Shown here one piece after another: positions 29,175-39,043 of a stretch of 60,519 nt of DNA. The notes beneath the pieces are model-generated. The model saw only the letters and a list, made by a program, of their open reading frames with translations, did not search any database and was not told the origin of the DNA. Both the position numbers and the translations under genes were made by a program. Location: IMG/VR virus record IMGVR_UViG_3300043394_000652, positions 1 to 60,519 of that record. One strand, 5' to 3'. The DNA is from a virus. Taxonomy: Duplodnaviria; Caudoviricetes. The stretch's first letter is position 1. Each line of letters opens with the position of its first letter.

Positions 29175-30665
29175 ATGGCAAATTTAATTAATGAATCAGA
29201 AATCAGAGCAACATGGTCTCCGATTATCGAATCTGCGACAGGTATCAACGACGCTAGCAAATTAGCTTGGATGTCAGAATACTGTCATAATCACAAATTG
29301 TACGAAGACGCAAACCAAATGTCTTTAAATCCAGGTATGAACTTAGCTGGTATGGGTGCTACTGTATTACCATCAGGATATGCTAACGGTGTTTCTACTG
29401 TTAACGGTTCAGGTGACAAAGCTCCAACTTTATTACCTTTAGCAATGCAAGTTGCTGCACAAACTGTAGGTTTAGATTTAGTACCTGTAGTTCCTATGGC
29501 TGGACCAATGGGATTATTATCTTACTTAGACTTCGTATACGAAGGTGGTACTTTAGGTTCTGTTAACGGTGCTGACGGTAAAGTTGCTCCAACTTACATT
29601 AAAGCTGACGCTGCTTTTGCTGGTGTTATAGACATCGCTGCAGCTGCTGGTAACGTTGGATTTACATATATCGGTGAATCTAGAATCGATGGTAAATCAA
29701 TTTTCAAAGTTTTAGGTAATCCTATCACTTCTAATGTTGCTGGAGATTTAGCTGTTGCAACTGGAGAATCTACTTCAGATTTAGCTGTTGAATTAGTAAA
29801 AGCTTTAGAAGACCACATCAAAGGATTCGTAGGAAACGGTACTGATGCTGATGGTTATCCACAACCATTCTCAAGAGCTGAAGGTGAATCTACGAAAGAC
29901 AAAATCATGGGCCTATCTTTATTCTCTAAATCAGTTTCAGCTGAAACTTTCCAAGTTGCTGCTGCTGTAACTAGAGAGCAAGTTCAAGATTTAAAACAAT
30001 TCGGTGTTGATGCTGTTGCTCAAGTTGAAGCTGTTTTAACTAACGAATTAACTCAATCAATCAACCAATACATCTTAGGAAGATTAAGAAAATTGGGTAC
30101 TACTAACATCACTGCTGCATTTGGTGCTGCAATTGATTTCGATATTACTTTACCTGCTGCTTCTGCATTAGGTGGTGGTGGTGAAACTTTACCATCTGTT
30201 CACAGAAGAATCCTTTCTCAAGTTTTAGCTGCTGCTAACTTGATCGCTAACAGAGGTAGAAGAGGTGCTGGTAACTTTGCTGTTGTTGGTCCACAAACTG
30301 CAACTGTATTACAATCAATCGCTGGTTTCGTTGCTAACCCGATGGCTAACACTTTCGCACAAGCTGCTGGAGCTATCTATCCATTAGGATCTGTTGCTGG
30401 TATCAATGTTTACACTGATCCAACAATGGAATGGGGAGATTACTCAATCACTGTAGGTAGAAAAGGTGACGGTAATGGTCCAGGTGTTGTATTCATGCCT
30501 TACTTAATGGCTGAATCAGTACAAACAATTGCTGAAGGAACTATGGCTCCTAAAGTAGCTGTTAAATCTAGATTCGCATTAGTTGATGCAGGTTTCCACC
30601 CTGAAACTCAATACGTAACGTTTGCAGTTAAAGGTTCTTGGACTAACTTATTAACATTAGCTTAA
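29175..30665 (+). CDS. gp23: Major capsid protein
   Basis: DLVPVVPMAGPMG, ELTQSINQYIL, RRGAGNF, FMPY, PKVAVKSRFAL. Confidence 0.93.
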   Translation: MANLINESEIRATWSPIIESATGINDASKLAWMSEYCHNHKLYEDANQMSLNPGMNLAGMGATVLPSGYANGVSTVNGSGDKAPTLLPLAMQVAAQTVGLDLVPVVPMAGPMGLLSYLDFVYEGGTLGSVNGADGKVAPTYIKADAAFAGVIDIAAAAGNVGFTYIGESRIDGKSIFKVLGNPITSNVAGDLAVATGESTSDLAVELVKALEDHIKGFVGNGTDADGYPQPFSRAEGESTKDKIMGLSLFSKSVSAETFQVAAAVTREQVQDLKQFGVDAVAQVEAVLTNELTQSINQYILGRLRKLGTTNITAAFGAAIDFDITLPAASALGGGGETLPSVHRRILSQVLAAANLIANRGRRGAGNFAVVGPQTATVLQSIAGFVANPMANTFAQAAGAIYPLGSVAGINVYTDPTMEWGDYSITVGRKGDGNGPGVVFMPYLMAESVQTIAEGTMAPKVAVKSRFALVDAGFHPETQYVTFAVKGSWTNLLTLA

Positions 30666-30700
30666 TATTTTATCTTAGAATTAACATTCTATAAATACTC

Positions 30701-30733
30701 AAAAGGGAATCGAGAAATCGGTTCCCTTTTTTT
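30701..30733 (+). terminator. Intrinsic terminator after the capsid gene
   Basis: AAAAGGGAATCGA/TCGGTTCCCTTTT stem plus T-run. Confidence 0.85.
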
Positions 30734-30773
30734 GTGATATATAATACATAATTACAAAATAATTAAATTACTT

Positions 30774-32021
30774 ATGGAAAAATTTGAAACATGGTATAAT
30801 AAATTTATGAATGAGGCACAGGAAACTGCAACTGTTGAAAGCCCAGTTACTACATCTGACATTTCAAGCGATGTCGATACTATTATCAATTCATTAGAAA
30901 CTTTGGCTAATGAATTAAGAGAAGAATTAGAAACAATTGAAATTGAAGCTATTCATGAAGCAAACCCAGTTGACTTCGTTAAAACATGGATTACAAGTCT
31001 TATGGCAGTAAAAGCCCAAAAGAAAGTTAATAAGATTAGAATGAATGCTGCTGATATTGAGATTGCATCTAAAAAGGCTGAAGGAGACTCTAAAACAAAT
31101 CTCGAGGATAAGGCAGATATGGCTAAAGACCAGGCGGATGATTTACAGGATATGGTAAATGATAAATTTAAAGGTAAAGGTGCTATCGTTGATAAGAGAT
31201 TAGCTCAAGCAAAAATTGAAGGACAACTTGAAATTATCAAAAGAAATACCGGTATGGAAGATGACCCTGCGGTTAAAGCTGATTTAAAGGCTAAATTAAA
31301 AGAATTGGCAGATAAATACAGAGAGGAAGGCGAGGCTATTAAGGAAATTGAAGATGAAAACAAAGATGCAATAGAAGCCGAAAAAGAAAGAATCAGACAG
31401 GAAAGAGAAAGAGAAAGAGAAAGAATTAAGGCAGAAAAAGAGCCTAAAGAAACCGAAACTTCAAATGATACTCCTGAAACTACAGATAAACCTGAAACTT
31501 CAAATGATGCTCCTGAAACTAAGGAAGAGCCTGAAACTAAGGAAGAGCCTAAAGCGGATCCAACTGCTGAAAAAGAGGCTGCAATCGCACAATACGATAC
31601 AAATATTAAAGATGAAATTGCTAGAAAAACCGGTTTGCAAACTAAATTAAAAGAGGCAACTGACGAGTTAACAACTACAACTGATAAAGAAAGTACTCAG
31701 GCAAAGATAACCGCAATTAAAACCGAAATCGAAAATTCAGACGAAGATATTAAACAAATGAAAGCGGAAAAAGCTAAATTGGTAAAAGAATTATCAAAAG
31801 AACCAAGCGCTAAAGAATCATTAGTAATTAGAGCTAACTCTATTGGAAATGTTGAATTAGCCGAAGAAATTGCAAGTAAATTAGATTGGCAATTTGAAAA
31901 TCATTCAATGCTATATACCAAATATAACACATTGATTTCTAAGATTGAAAACGATAATAAATTAAATGAGTCTAAATATACTACATTAGATATTAAATCA
32001 AAATTCAATACTCTATTGTAA
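30774..32021 (+). CDS. Charged coiled-coil late protein (putative internal head protein)
   Basis: Late promoter motif upstream, KFMNE near the N-terminus, PET low-complexity repeats. Confidence 0.6.
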   Translation: MEKFETWYNKFMNEAQETATVESPVTTSDISSDVDTIINSLETLANELREELETIEIEAIHEANPVDFVKTWITSLMAVKAQKKVNKIRMNAADIEIASKKAEGDSKTNLEDKADMAKDQADDLQDMVNDKFKGKGAIVDKRLAQAKIEGQLEIIKRNTGMEDDPAVKADLKAKLKELADKYREEGEAIKEIEDENKDAIEAEKERIRQERERERERIKAEKEPKETETSNDTPETTDKPETSNDAPETKEEPETKEEPKADPTAEKEAAIAQYDTNIKDEIARKTGLQTKLKEATDELTTTTDKESTQAKITAIKTEIENSDEDIKQMKAEKAKLVKELSKEPSAKESLVIRANSIGNVELAEEIASKLDWQFENHSMLYTKYNTLISKIENDNKLNESKYTTLDIKSKFNTLL

Positions 32022-32522
32022 TTATTTTTTAGAATTCTTTCTAACAAGTTTTAAAAACTCCTCCTGTTGATTCAAGAGGAGTTTTTTTATGTGTTGTTGA
32101 AACTCAATAGAAGACTTTACAATCCTTGCATCTACAACATTACCCCCTAATGTATCATGATAACTAGGGTGTACGAAGTTCTCTGGGCTAAAGTTGTTTA
32201 TGTTTGAGCGGATGGGTTCACCAGAGAGTGCGCAAGTCCAATCTATGGTGTCGTAGTTTTCTTGCAAATCTTCCATTTTCATGAAATCGCCAGTTGACCA
32301 ATCATAATAGTACTTATTCTTTGACGTTCTGTTAGTGTATCTACTAACTTCAAATAGGATTTGTAGAAATTGATCGTCTTGTGCTCTTTCCTTAATTAGT
32401 GGATTTTCAAGCAATAATCTACGTTGTTGACGAGAAAGACCTTCATAGCAAACGCCATATCTATTTCTTGGATATGGACCTCCAGTTCGCTTGATTTCAG
32501 GATATTTATTGTTGTACGCCAT
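32022..32522 (-). CDS. Hypothetical protein; the only convincing minus-strand gene
   Basis: 166 aa ORF that fills the gap between two + strand genes. Confidence 0.7.
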   Translation of the reverse strand: MAYNNKYPEIKRTGGPYPRNRYGVCYEGLSRQQRRLLLENPLIKERAQDDQFLQILFEVSRYTNRTSKNKYYYDWSTGDFMKMEDLQENYDTIDWTCALSGEPIRSNINNFSPENFVHPSYHDTLGGNVVDARIVKSSIEFQQHIKKLLLNQQEEFLKLVRKNSKK

Positions 32523-32581
32523 GTTATATTTATTTGAAACATATTTGGTTCAATTCATATAATATCTAAAATATTAAAAAG

Positions 32582-33532
32582 ATGATTCATACACTATTTA
32601 CAGAGAAGTACAGACCTAAGAATTTAGAAGATTTGATTTTGCCAGAACGCGTAATGTCAAAATTTAAAGATGGATTAACTCAAAATATGTTATTGGCAGG
32701 AAGTCCAGGTACTGGAAAAACTTCAACTGCAAAGGCTATTGTAAAGCAATTTGATTTACCGTATATTTATATTAATGCATCTACCGATACTTCAGTTGAT
32801 GTAATTAGAACGAGAATCACTGATTTTTGTTCTACTATGTCGATTCTTGATGATAGAGGAAAATTCAAAGTAGTTATATTGGATGAGGTTGATGGTGTAT
32901 CAGACCAATTTTTTAAAGCACTTCGTGCAACAATGGAACAATTTGCATCAAATTCTCGTTTTATTGCAACTTGTAATTATGTGAATAAAATTCCAGACCC
33001 AATTCTTTCACGTTTTGAGGTAATTAACTTTGACTTTGACAAAAGCGAAGAAAGCGAATTGACTAGAAAGTACATTAAAAGAGTATATGATATTTGTGGC
33101 AAAGAGGGTATGACGATCGAAAAGCCAGCATTGGTAGAATTTGTTAAACGTAATTTTCCAGATTTACGTAGTACTTTAAATAAATTACAGGGTTATAAAT
33201 CTCAAGGCACAATTAATATTACATTAGAGGATGTTAAGAAATTTAACTCAGTTTATAAGGATGTGTTTGAATTAATCTTTAATGAAACCGACCCTGTTGC
33301 AAATTACAAACATCTTGTTGGTGAATATTCAAATAGAGTTGATGATGTATTACAAACTTTAGGCGAGGATTTCATCGAGTACATCCAATCCGAAAAACCA
33401 AACAACGCCCGCCATATTCCACAGATTGCAATTTGTGTTGCAGAGCACCAAGCACAAAGAAATTTTGTAATCGATCCAGTAATCACACTTTTAGCTTGTG
33501 TGTATAAAATTCAGGAAATAGTTAGAGGCTAA
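32582..33532 (+). CDS. gp44: Clamp loader AAA+ subunit
   Basis: EKYRP, GSPGTGKT, LDEVD, SRF, FPDLR. Confidence 0.92.
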   Translation: MIHTLFTEKYRPKNLEDLILPERVMSKFKDGLTQNMLLAGSPGTGKTSTAKAIVKQFDLPYIYINASTDTSVDVIRTRITDFCSTMSILDDRGKFKVVILDEVDGVSDQFFKALRATMEQFASNSRFIATCNYVNKIPDPILSRFEVINFDFDKSEESELTRKYIKRVYDICGKEGMTIEKPALVEFVKRNFPDLRSTLNKLQGYKSQGTINITLEDVKKFNSVYKDVFELIFNETDPVANYKHLVGEYSNRVDDVLQTLGEDFIEYIQSEKPNNARHIPQIAICVAEHQAQRNFVIDPVITLLACVYKIQEIVRG

Positions 33533-33600
33533 AAAAATATCAATAAATATTTTCACGGGTCACCGGAATTGATTATATTTACATAAATAAAGATAACATT

Positions 33601-34833
33601 ATGAAAATAGGAAAGCACACACTAATAATTGATGGAAATTATTTTGTGCATAGTAGACTTTTTGTGTTGCCACGTGCAAATGGCGAACAATTATTAGAGA
33701 GTAGAGAAGGACAGGAGCAATTTATGCGTAAATTGTGTATTGACTTTGCATCTGAAGTTCGTAAGATGACTCCATTTATTGACCAAATCGTAGTTGCTGT
33801 TGATTCAAAATCATGGCGTAAGGATTTATTCCCTGATGCAGAATACAAAGGTACACGAGTTGCGGATAGTTCTGTAAATTGGGAAAATGTATTTAATGTA
33901 TACGTTTCATTTCAAGAAATACTTGCAAAATATGGTGTTATTATTCATAAAGTTGCAGGTGCAGAAGCCGATGACATTTTATTTGGATGGTCAACTCAAC
34001 TAAACAATGAAGGTAAGAATTGTATTGTATGGACTGGCGATAGAGATTTGATTCAATTAGTAAATTATAATGATGCTACAGACGCATACACATTATGGTA
34101 TTATAATTCGCAGAGAAAGCTTCTTGCATTTGAAGGATTTCAAACTCTTTTACAAAAGTCTGGAGCAGCAGAACTAAGCAACGATGATATGTTATTCAAT
34201 ATGTCTTCAAGTGAGGTTATGGGTGATAAACTCAAAGAAGACTTTCAAAATTGGATTGTAAAAAATACAGTGAAGATTGAGGAAGTTAACTGTGACGATT
34301 TTATCTTTTCAAAGATTTTACAAGGAGATAAAAGTGACAATATCAAATCAGTTGTTACATGGTCAAAACGTACAAGTTCAGGTTCTATTAGAAACTATTC
34401 CATTACTGAAAAACACGCACAGCAAATCTTAGAAAGGTATAGAGCAACAGAAGGTAATTTTCATATTGACCATTTCTTTTCAGCTCCACAAGTTGACATC
34501 ATGGTAGATTTAATTTATGATGTTGTCGGTAAATCTACTAAAGAGGAAATTCGTGTTGCGTTCAATCGCAATTTAGATTTAATGTTATTGCACTATAATA
34601 CAATACCAGAAGCAATTCAAAAATGTATCTATAATGAAATTGAAAAGGACTTCAATGTTTCTACTCAATTAATTAATCTATCTCAGATGGAAAAAATCCT
34701 TGAAGGAACTGACTGGAATTCTGCAAAAACAAAAGGTAACATTGTGCCGAAGGCCTATGATGCTTTTGCTACATTAAATTTGGACAAAATGAATGAGCAG
34801 CCAAAGACCAAAAAAATTAACACATTATTCTAA
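33601..34833 (+). CDS. rnh: T4 RNase H / 5'-3' flap exonuclease
   Basis: IIDGN, SWRK, YKGTR, EADD, GDRDLIQL, GDKSDNI. Confidence 0.85.
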   Translation: MKIGKHTLIIDGNYFVHSRLFVLPRANGEQLLESREGQEQFMRKLCIDFASEVRKMTPFIDQIVVAVDSKSWRKDLFPDAEYKGTRVADSSVNWENVFNVYVSFQEILAKYGVIIHKVAGAEADDILFGWSTQLNNEGKNCIVWTGDRDLIQLVNYNDATDAYTLWYYNSQRKLLAFEGFQTLLQKSGAAELSNDDMLFNMSSSEVMGDKLKEDFQNWIVKNTVKIEEVNCDDFIFSKILQGDKSDNIKSVVTWSKRTSSGSIRNYSITEKHAQQILERYRATEGNFHIDHFFSAPQVDIMVDLIYDVVGKSTKEEIRVAFNRNLDLMLLHYNTIPEAIQKCIYNEIEKDFNVSTQLINLSQMEKILEGTDWNSAKTKGNIVPKAYDAFATLNLDKMNEQPKTKKINTLF

Positions 34834-34862
34834 ACATTAAGGCTTAATCACATATAATTTAT

Positions 34863-35291
34863 ATGCTAGACGAAACAAAATTATTTGACTTTATTAAAAT
34901 ACTTTTTACAAAGCCTAACGATTATAAAAAAATTAGCGTGCACAATAAAAAGCGCCACCATTTTATGATTAATAGATTCTTTGCAATTAAGTACCCTGCA
35001 AATGCGCAACTATTTAATAAGAATGGAATCAATCCAATTGCAGTTATTGATAGTTGGTCTCTTGTCGGTGCAAGATTCAAAGGTGTGCCAGGTTGGATTT
35101 ATACAAAGACAAATAAATCAAAGCCAGAGGTATCTTCTAAAAGTAAATATATACCATCAGAAGCCACTATTAGTTTTTTCATGGAAAAGAATGAAATAGG
35201 GCAAAGAGAATTTAAAGAACTTGAAAAATTTGCTAAAGAAGAGCTTTACTCTAACTTAAAGAGAATTGAAGATTCAATGCAAGTTTACTAA
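34863..35291 (+). CDS. Putative clamp loader small subunit, gp62-like
   Basis: LFDFIK...FMINRFF pattern, size, and proximity to gp44. Confidence 0.5.
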   Translation: MLDETKLFDFIKILFTKPNDYKKISVHNKKRHHFMINRFFAIKYPANAQLFNKNGINPIAVIDSWSLVGARFKGVPGWIYTKTNKSKPEVSSKSKYIPSEATISFFMEKNEIGQREFKELEKFAKEELYSNLKRIEDSMQVY

Positions 35292-35301
35292 TTTGTAAAT
35301 T

Positions 35302-35946
35302 ATGAAATCATTTGAATTAAGTCTGTTGCCGACTGCAGTGGATGTTACATTATATAAATACAACTATATTGACAATAAGCTTTGGACAAGAATTCAAAAC
35401 GATATAGATTTTATTCAAACACAAGATGATTCTGTGCTAATATCAGCAACCCAATTAAAATATTTATTGGACACATATTATATTAAAGATGTGAATAGAA
35501 TCAAAACCCTTGGAAATGATGTAATGCACAAAGAGGTCAACTCAATCTATTTCTTATATAGAATGTTGACAGACATGGTTAATTTACAATACATAAAATT
35601 CAATTTAAATTCTGACAAAGGTTATAATAGATTAATTAGTGTTGAAGGCAAGAAGGTCTTGCAGTTTGGATTTAAAATTATCACAGCAACTTTACGATTA
35701 AGTGACCTTTATGACGATGATGAAATTCATTTAGTGAATAAAGCCCTTTATAAAATGGGAATCCTTTCAGAAGACTCTCATTATGTCAGAATTTTTGCAA
35801 GCGAATTGGCAGATCGAATCGATGATTTTTTAACAGAGAATGAAGAGGATGATTATGAGGCAGGAGTTGTTGCGGATATCATTGACGTTATTGAATCTAA
35901 ATTAGAACCTGAAAACACTTTAATACTTTTGATAACTGATTACTAA
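35302..35946 (+). CDS. Hypothetical protein
   Basis: 214 aa in-operon ORF. Confidence 0.65.
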   Translation: MKSFELSLLPTAVDVTLYKYNYIDNKLWTRIQNDIDFIQTQDDSVLISATQLKYLLDTYYIKDVNRIKTLGNDVMHKEVNSIYFLYRMLTDMVNLQYIKFNLNSDKGYNRLISVEGKKVLQFGFKIITATLRLSDLYDDDEIHLVNKALYKMGILSEDSHYVRIFASELADRIDDFLTENEEDDYEAGVVADIIDVIESKLEPENTLILLITDY

Positions 35947-35987
35947 TTTTTTCGAATATATAATATAGAAAAAATATTATGTAATCA

Positions 35988-36389
35988 ATGACATTCTTTA
36001 ATAACTTCGGTAAAAGAGAAGCTCTAATTTATATTATCGTCTTTTTATGGGTGGCAATAGGACTTTTAGGAGCTTATAAAAATGCTAGTTTCTCAGATCT
36101 TGCAGTTTACTTTGGATCTTTAACAGCATACGCTGCAACCTATATTTGGTCAGAGGCAAAAAGACCAACAGACAAAACAAAACTATTTCGAAAAGGACCC
36201 AACTCTAGAAGAGAGGTAATGATTTATGTAATCGTTATAATTTGGGCAATTGCAGGTGGAGCCGCAATTTGGTTTAAAGCCAATATTGGAGAGCTTGCAC
36301 TTTACTTTGTATCGTTAACAGGATTTATTGCATCATGGATTGCCGGTGAAGTTTACGTACCTGAAGGAAGTAAAAAAACTGAAGAGTAA
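35988..36389 (+). CDS. Four-TM membrane protein with internal duplication
   Basis: Two copies of RE..IY.IV..W...G.......LA.YF.SLT. Confidence 0.7.
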   Translation: MTFFNNFGKREALIYIIVFLWVAIGLLGAYKNASFSDLAVYFGSLTAYAATYIWSEAKRPTDKTKLFRKGPNSRREVMIYVIVIIWAIAGGAAIWFKANIGELALYFVSLTGFIASWIAGEVYVPEGSKKTEE

Positions 36390-38353
36390 TGGTAACAGGA
36401 TATACAGCAAATGAATATGGTGACTATCTAATAGCCTCACTTCAACAACCATATACTAATACACTTAAGGTTATTGATTGGGAAATTATAGTTGGACTTA
36501 AAACTCCATCGATGACAGGTACTGTTTCTGGTGTTGCAGGTAACGTTGAGCTTGATGGTATTGGAACTCAATTTACTCAAGCATTTACGACAGGAGACAT
36601 TATAATTATCGGTAACATTGAATACGTAATTGACCAAGTAATTTCGGCAAATGAAATTATTTTAGATACTCCACTATCAATAAGTGTTACAGGCGCAAGT
36701 TATTACATTAAACCAAACGCAAATAATTATTTTGAATATGAATACCGATGGTCACAAACCAATGGCGTATTTTCACAATTTAATCCATTAACGACAAATT
36801 CTGCTTATGGAGACCTATTGGCAATTACATTTGATACAACAAAACCTGTTTGGATTGATGTAAAGGCGGAGGTTGCCGGATTAACACCAGGAAATACATT
36901 ATCTCTTCTTTCAATCACATATACTATTGAAACAGTTGATGGAATTATTGAATCATGTCCAAACTTTTGTACTGAATGTACAGACCCATTTGCAATGAAT
37001 GGTTGTGCAAACATTGAAGTTTCATGCAATGCTAATAATTTATTTAATCCATATAATCTTACAAAATCAGTTGGAATTTACAAACAGCTTTCAAATGTGA
37101 TTAATGGAATATTTGGACATGAGGTTAATTACTTTAGAACAGAGCCAGATTTAAGAACAAGCGATGTAATTTTAATGGAGTACTCATTACATAATGTAGT
37201 TGACAACCAAAATATTAAAATATTGGTGCCAGGGAATGAATTTCCAACTGAAGCAAATACATATGATATTTTTGGAATTGAGTTAGAGGACTTTGAAGTA
37301 CATATTACTGCACAGGAATTTGAATCTCATTTTGGTGCTGGAAAAACTCCAAGAAATAAGGATTATATGTTTATTCCAATTATGAATAGAATGTATGAAA
37401 TTAGTTCAGTTTCATTAGCGGATGAGTTTAATCTTGCAAATACATATTGGAGAGTTAAATTGGTTAAATACCAAGACAGGAGCGATGTTATCAAAGGACA
37501 ATTTGATGCAGCTACAGATGTGCTTGTAACTGGAATCGAAGAAATCTTTGGAGAAAAGATTAAAGAGGAATATCATAAAGATACTAAACCTGAACAATTC
37601 CAAACAGTAACATTGACTTATAAAGATGGTGTTAGAGAGTTTGTAAATAAGAAACTTAAAATCGTTGATTATGATTTAAAAAATAGATGGACCGTTGTCA
37701 GTAAAAACTACTATGATTTTACTGCAATGCCATTAGATGATATTGCACTATTTTATGAGGCTCCATCAAAGGTTGCACCAGGAAAAAATGCAGCATTTAC
37801 AGGTTGGTTTTCTCCTAAATTTCCATCAACATCAACAAACGATTATTTCCTATTTGGAGATAATGACGCATTGACAGGATTTAGATTAACAATTAGCAAT
37901 ACCGAATTTAAAGTAACGGTAAATGGTATATCAGAAACTTTTACACATGGAATTAATTTATATAATAATGTGTGGTATGCATATATTGTTAACGTAAACA
38001 ATGAATTTATGCAACTTGAAGTTTCAATTTATAGTTTAGACCCTAATAGTAATATTATAACTAATGTTGGAGGTTCAAATGTAATGCCTCAGGTGTCTTC
38101 TAATAACCTTATTTCAGAGTTTCATGAAAACAGATTAATGCCATTAAATATTGCATGGGAGTCAACCTCTCATTATGCACTTAGAGCAAATAGTATGTGG
38201 ATGACAAACATTAGGGTATTTAATACTCCAATTGAATTTGAACAACATTCAAACATATTAAATCAATATGTTGTTAGAGATGTTCAGTTATCGGTTGTAA
38301 TCGATAATGCGATTCCTTCAATTGGATTCCAAAAATTTGCTAACGCAAGATAA
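36389..38353 (+). CDS. Virion protein with a central gp14-like neck domain and beta-rich flanks
   Basis: FGHEVNYF...FGIELED...PRNKDYMFIPIMNRMYEI resembles T4 gp14; the C-terminus looks lectin/LamG-like. Confidence 0.6.
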   Translation: MVTGYTANEYGDYLIASLQQPYTNTLKVIDWEIIVGLKTPSMTGTVSGVAGNVELDGIGTQFTQAFTTGDIIIIGNIEYVIDQVISANEIILDTPLSISVTGASYYIKPNANNYFEYEYRWSQTNGVFSQFNPLTTNSAYGDLLAITFDTTKPVWIDVKAEVAGLTPGNTLSLLSITYTIETVDGIIESCPNFCTECTDPFAMNGCANIEVSCNANNLFNPYNLTKSVGIYKQLSNVINGIFGHEVNYFRTEPDLRTSDVILMEYSLHNVVDNQNIKILVPGNEFPTEANTYDIFGIELEDFEVHITAQEFESHFGAGKTPRNKDYMFIPIMNRMYEISSVSLADEFNLANTYWRVKLVKYQDRSDVIKGQFDAATDVLVTGIEEIFGEKIKEEYHKDTKPEQFQTVTLTYKDGVREFVNKKLKIVDYDLKNRWTVVSKNYYDFTAMPLDDIALFYEAPSKVAPGKNAAFTGWFSPKFPSTSTNDYFLFGDNDALTGFRLTISNTEFKVTVNGISETFTHGINLYNNVWYAYIVNVNNEFMQLEVSIYSLDPNSNIITNVGGSNVMPQVSSNNLISEFHENRLMPLNIAWESTSHYALRANSMWMTNIRVFNTPIEFEQHSNILNQYVVRDVQLSVVIDNAIPSIGFQKFANAR

Positions 38354-38395
38354 TTTAGATAAATATTATAATATTATATCTAATAAAACTTATAT

Positions 38396-39040
38396 ATGTC
38401 AGAAGAAAAGAAAACAATACGAGAGCAAGCGGACGATATACGAAGAGACCTTGACGAATTAATTGGTGCAGATACTTCAACTGAAATTTCAGATGTTATT
38501 GAAACAGATCCTCAACTTCCTGCAAGAAGACAAGAGGAATATGTTTCATTTGCCCAACTTAAAGATAATTCAACCAAAAAAGCTAAAAAGACAATTTCAG
38601 CCCTAATGAAATTTTATTTAGATGAGGATATTATCGAAAAGGACGAGTATATTCAGGCTAAAAAGAAGATGGACGAAATGACAATGAGTTCATTAGTGTA
38701 TCAATTACAGGCAGGGGAACGTGCCCTTACAACCTTATTAAATACAATTGAAGATGGAGAAGTTGCACCCCGAATGTTCGAGGTACTTGCAACACTTCAA
38801 AAATCAATGTTGGATATTATCAAATCGCAAACAATGTACTTAATGGCAACTGAGGAAAGTACCAAAAGAATTGCAAGAGACATTGAAATCTATAAGAAAC
38901 GTGATGATATTAGAGAAATTGAATCTTCAGGTGGAGAAATCACTTCTGGAAATACTCAACGCGGAACTAAGGATTTAATGCGAATGATTAGAGATGGTAT
39001 CGCTGATAGTGAAATAGAGGATGTTGAAACAACAGAATAA
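38396..39040 (+). CDS. gp16: Terminase small subunit, gp16-like
   Basis: PRMFEVLATL motif; directly upstream of the large terminase. Confidence 0.7.
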   Translation: MSEEKKTIREQADDIRRDLDELIGADTSTEISDVIETDPQLPARRQEEYVSFAQLKDNSTKKAKKTISALMKFYLDEDIIEKDEYIQAKKKMDEMTMSSLVYQLQAGERALTTLLNTIEDGEVAPRMFEVLATLQKSMLDIIKSQTMYLMATEESTKRIARDIEIYKKRDDIREIESSGGEITSGNTQRGTKDLMRMIRDGIADSEIEDVETTE

Positions 39041-39043
39041 TTT

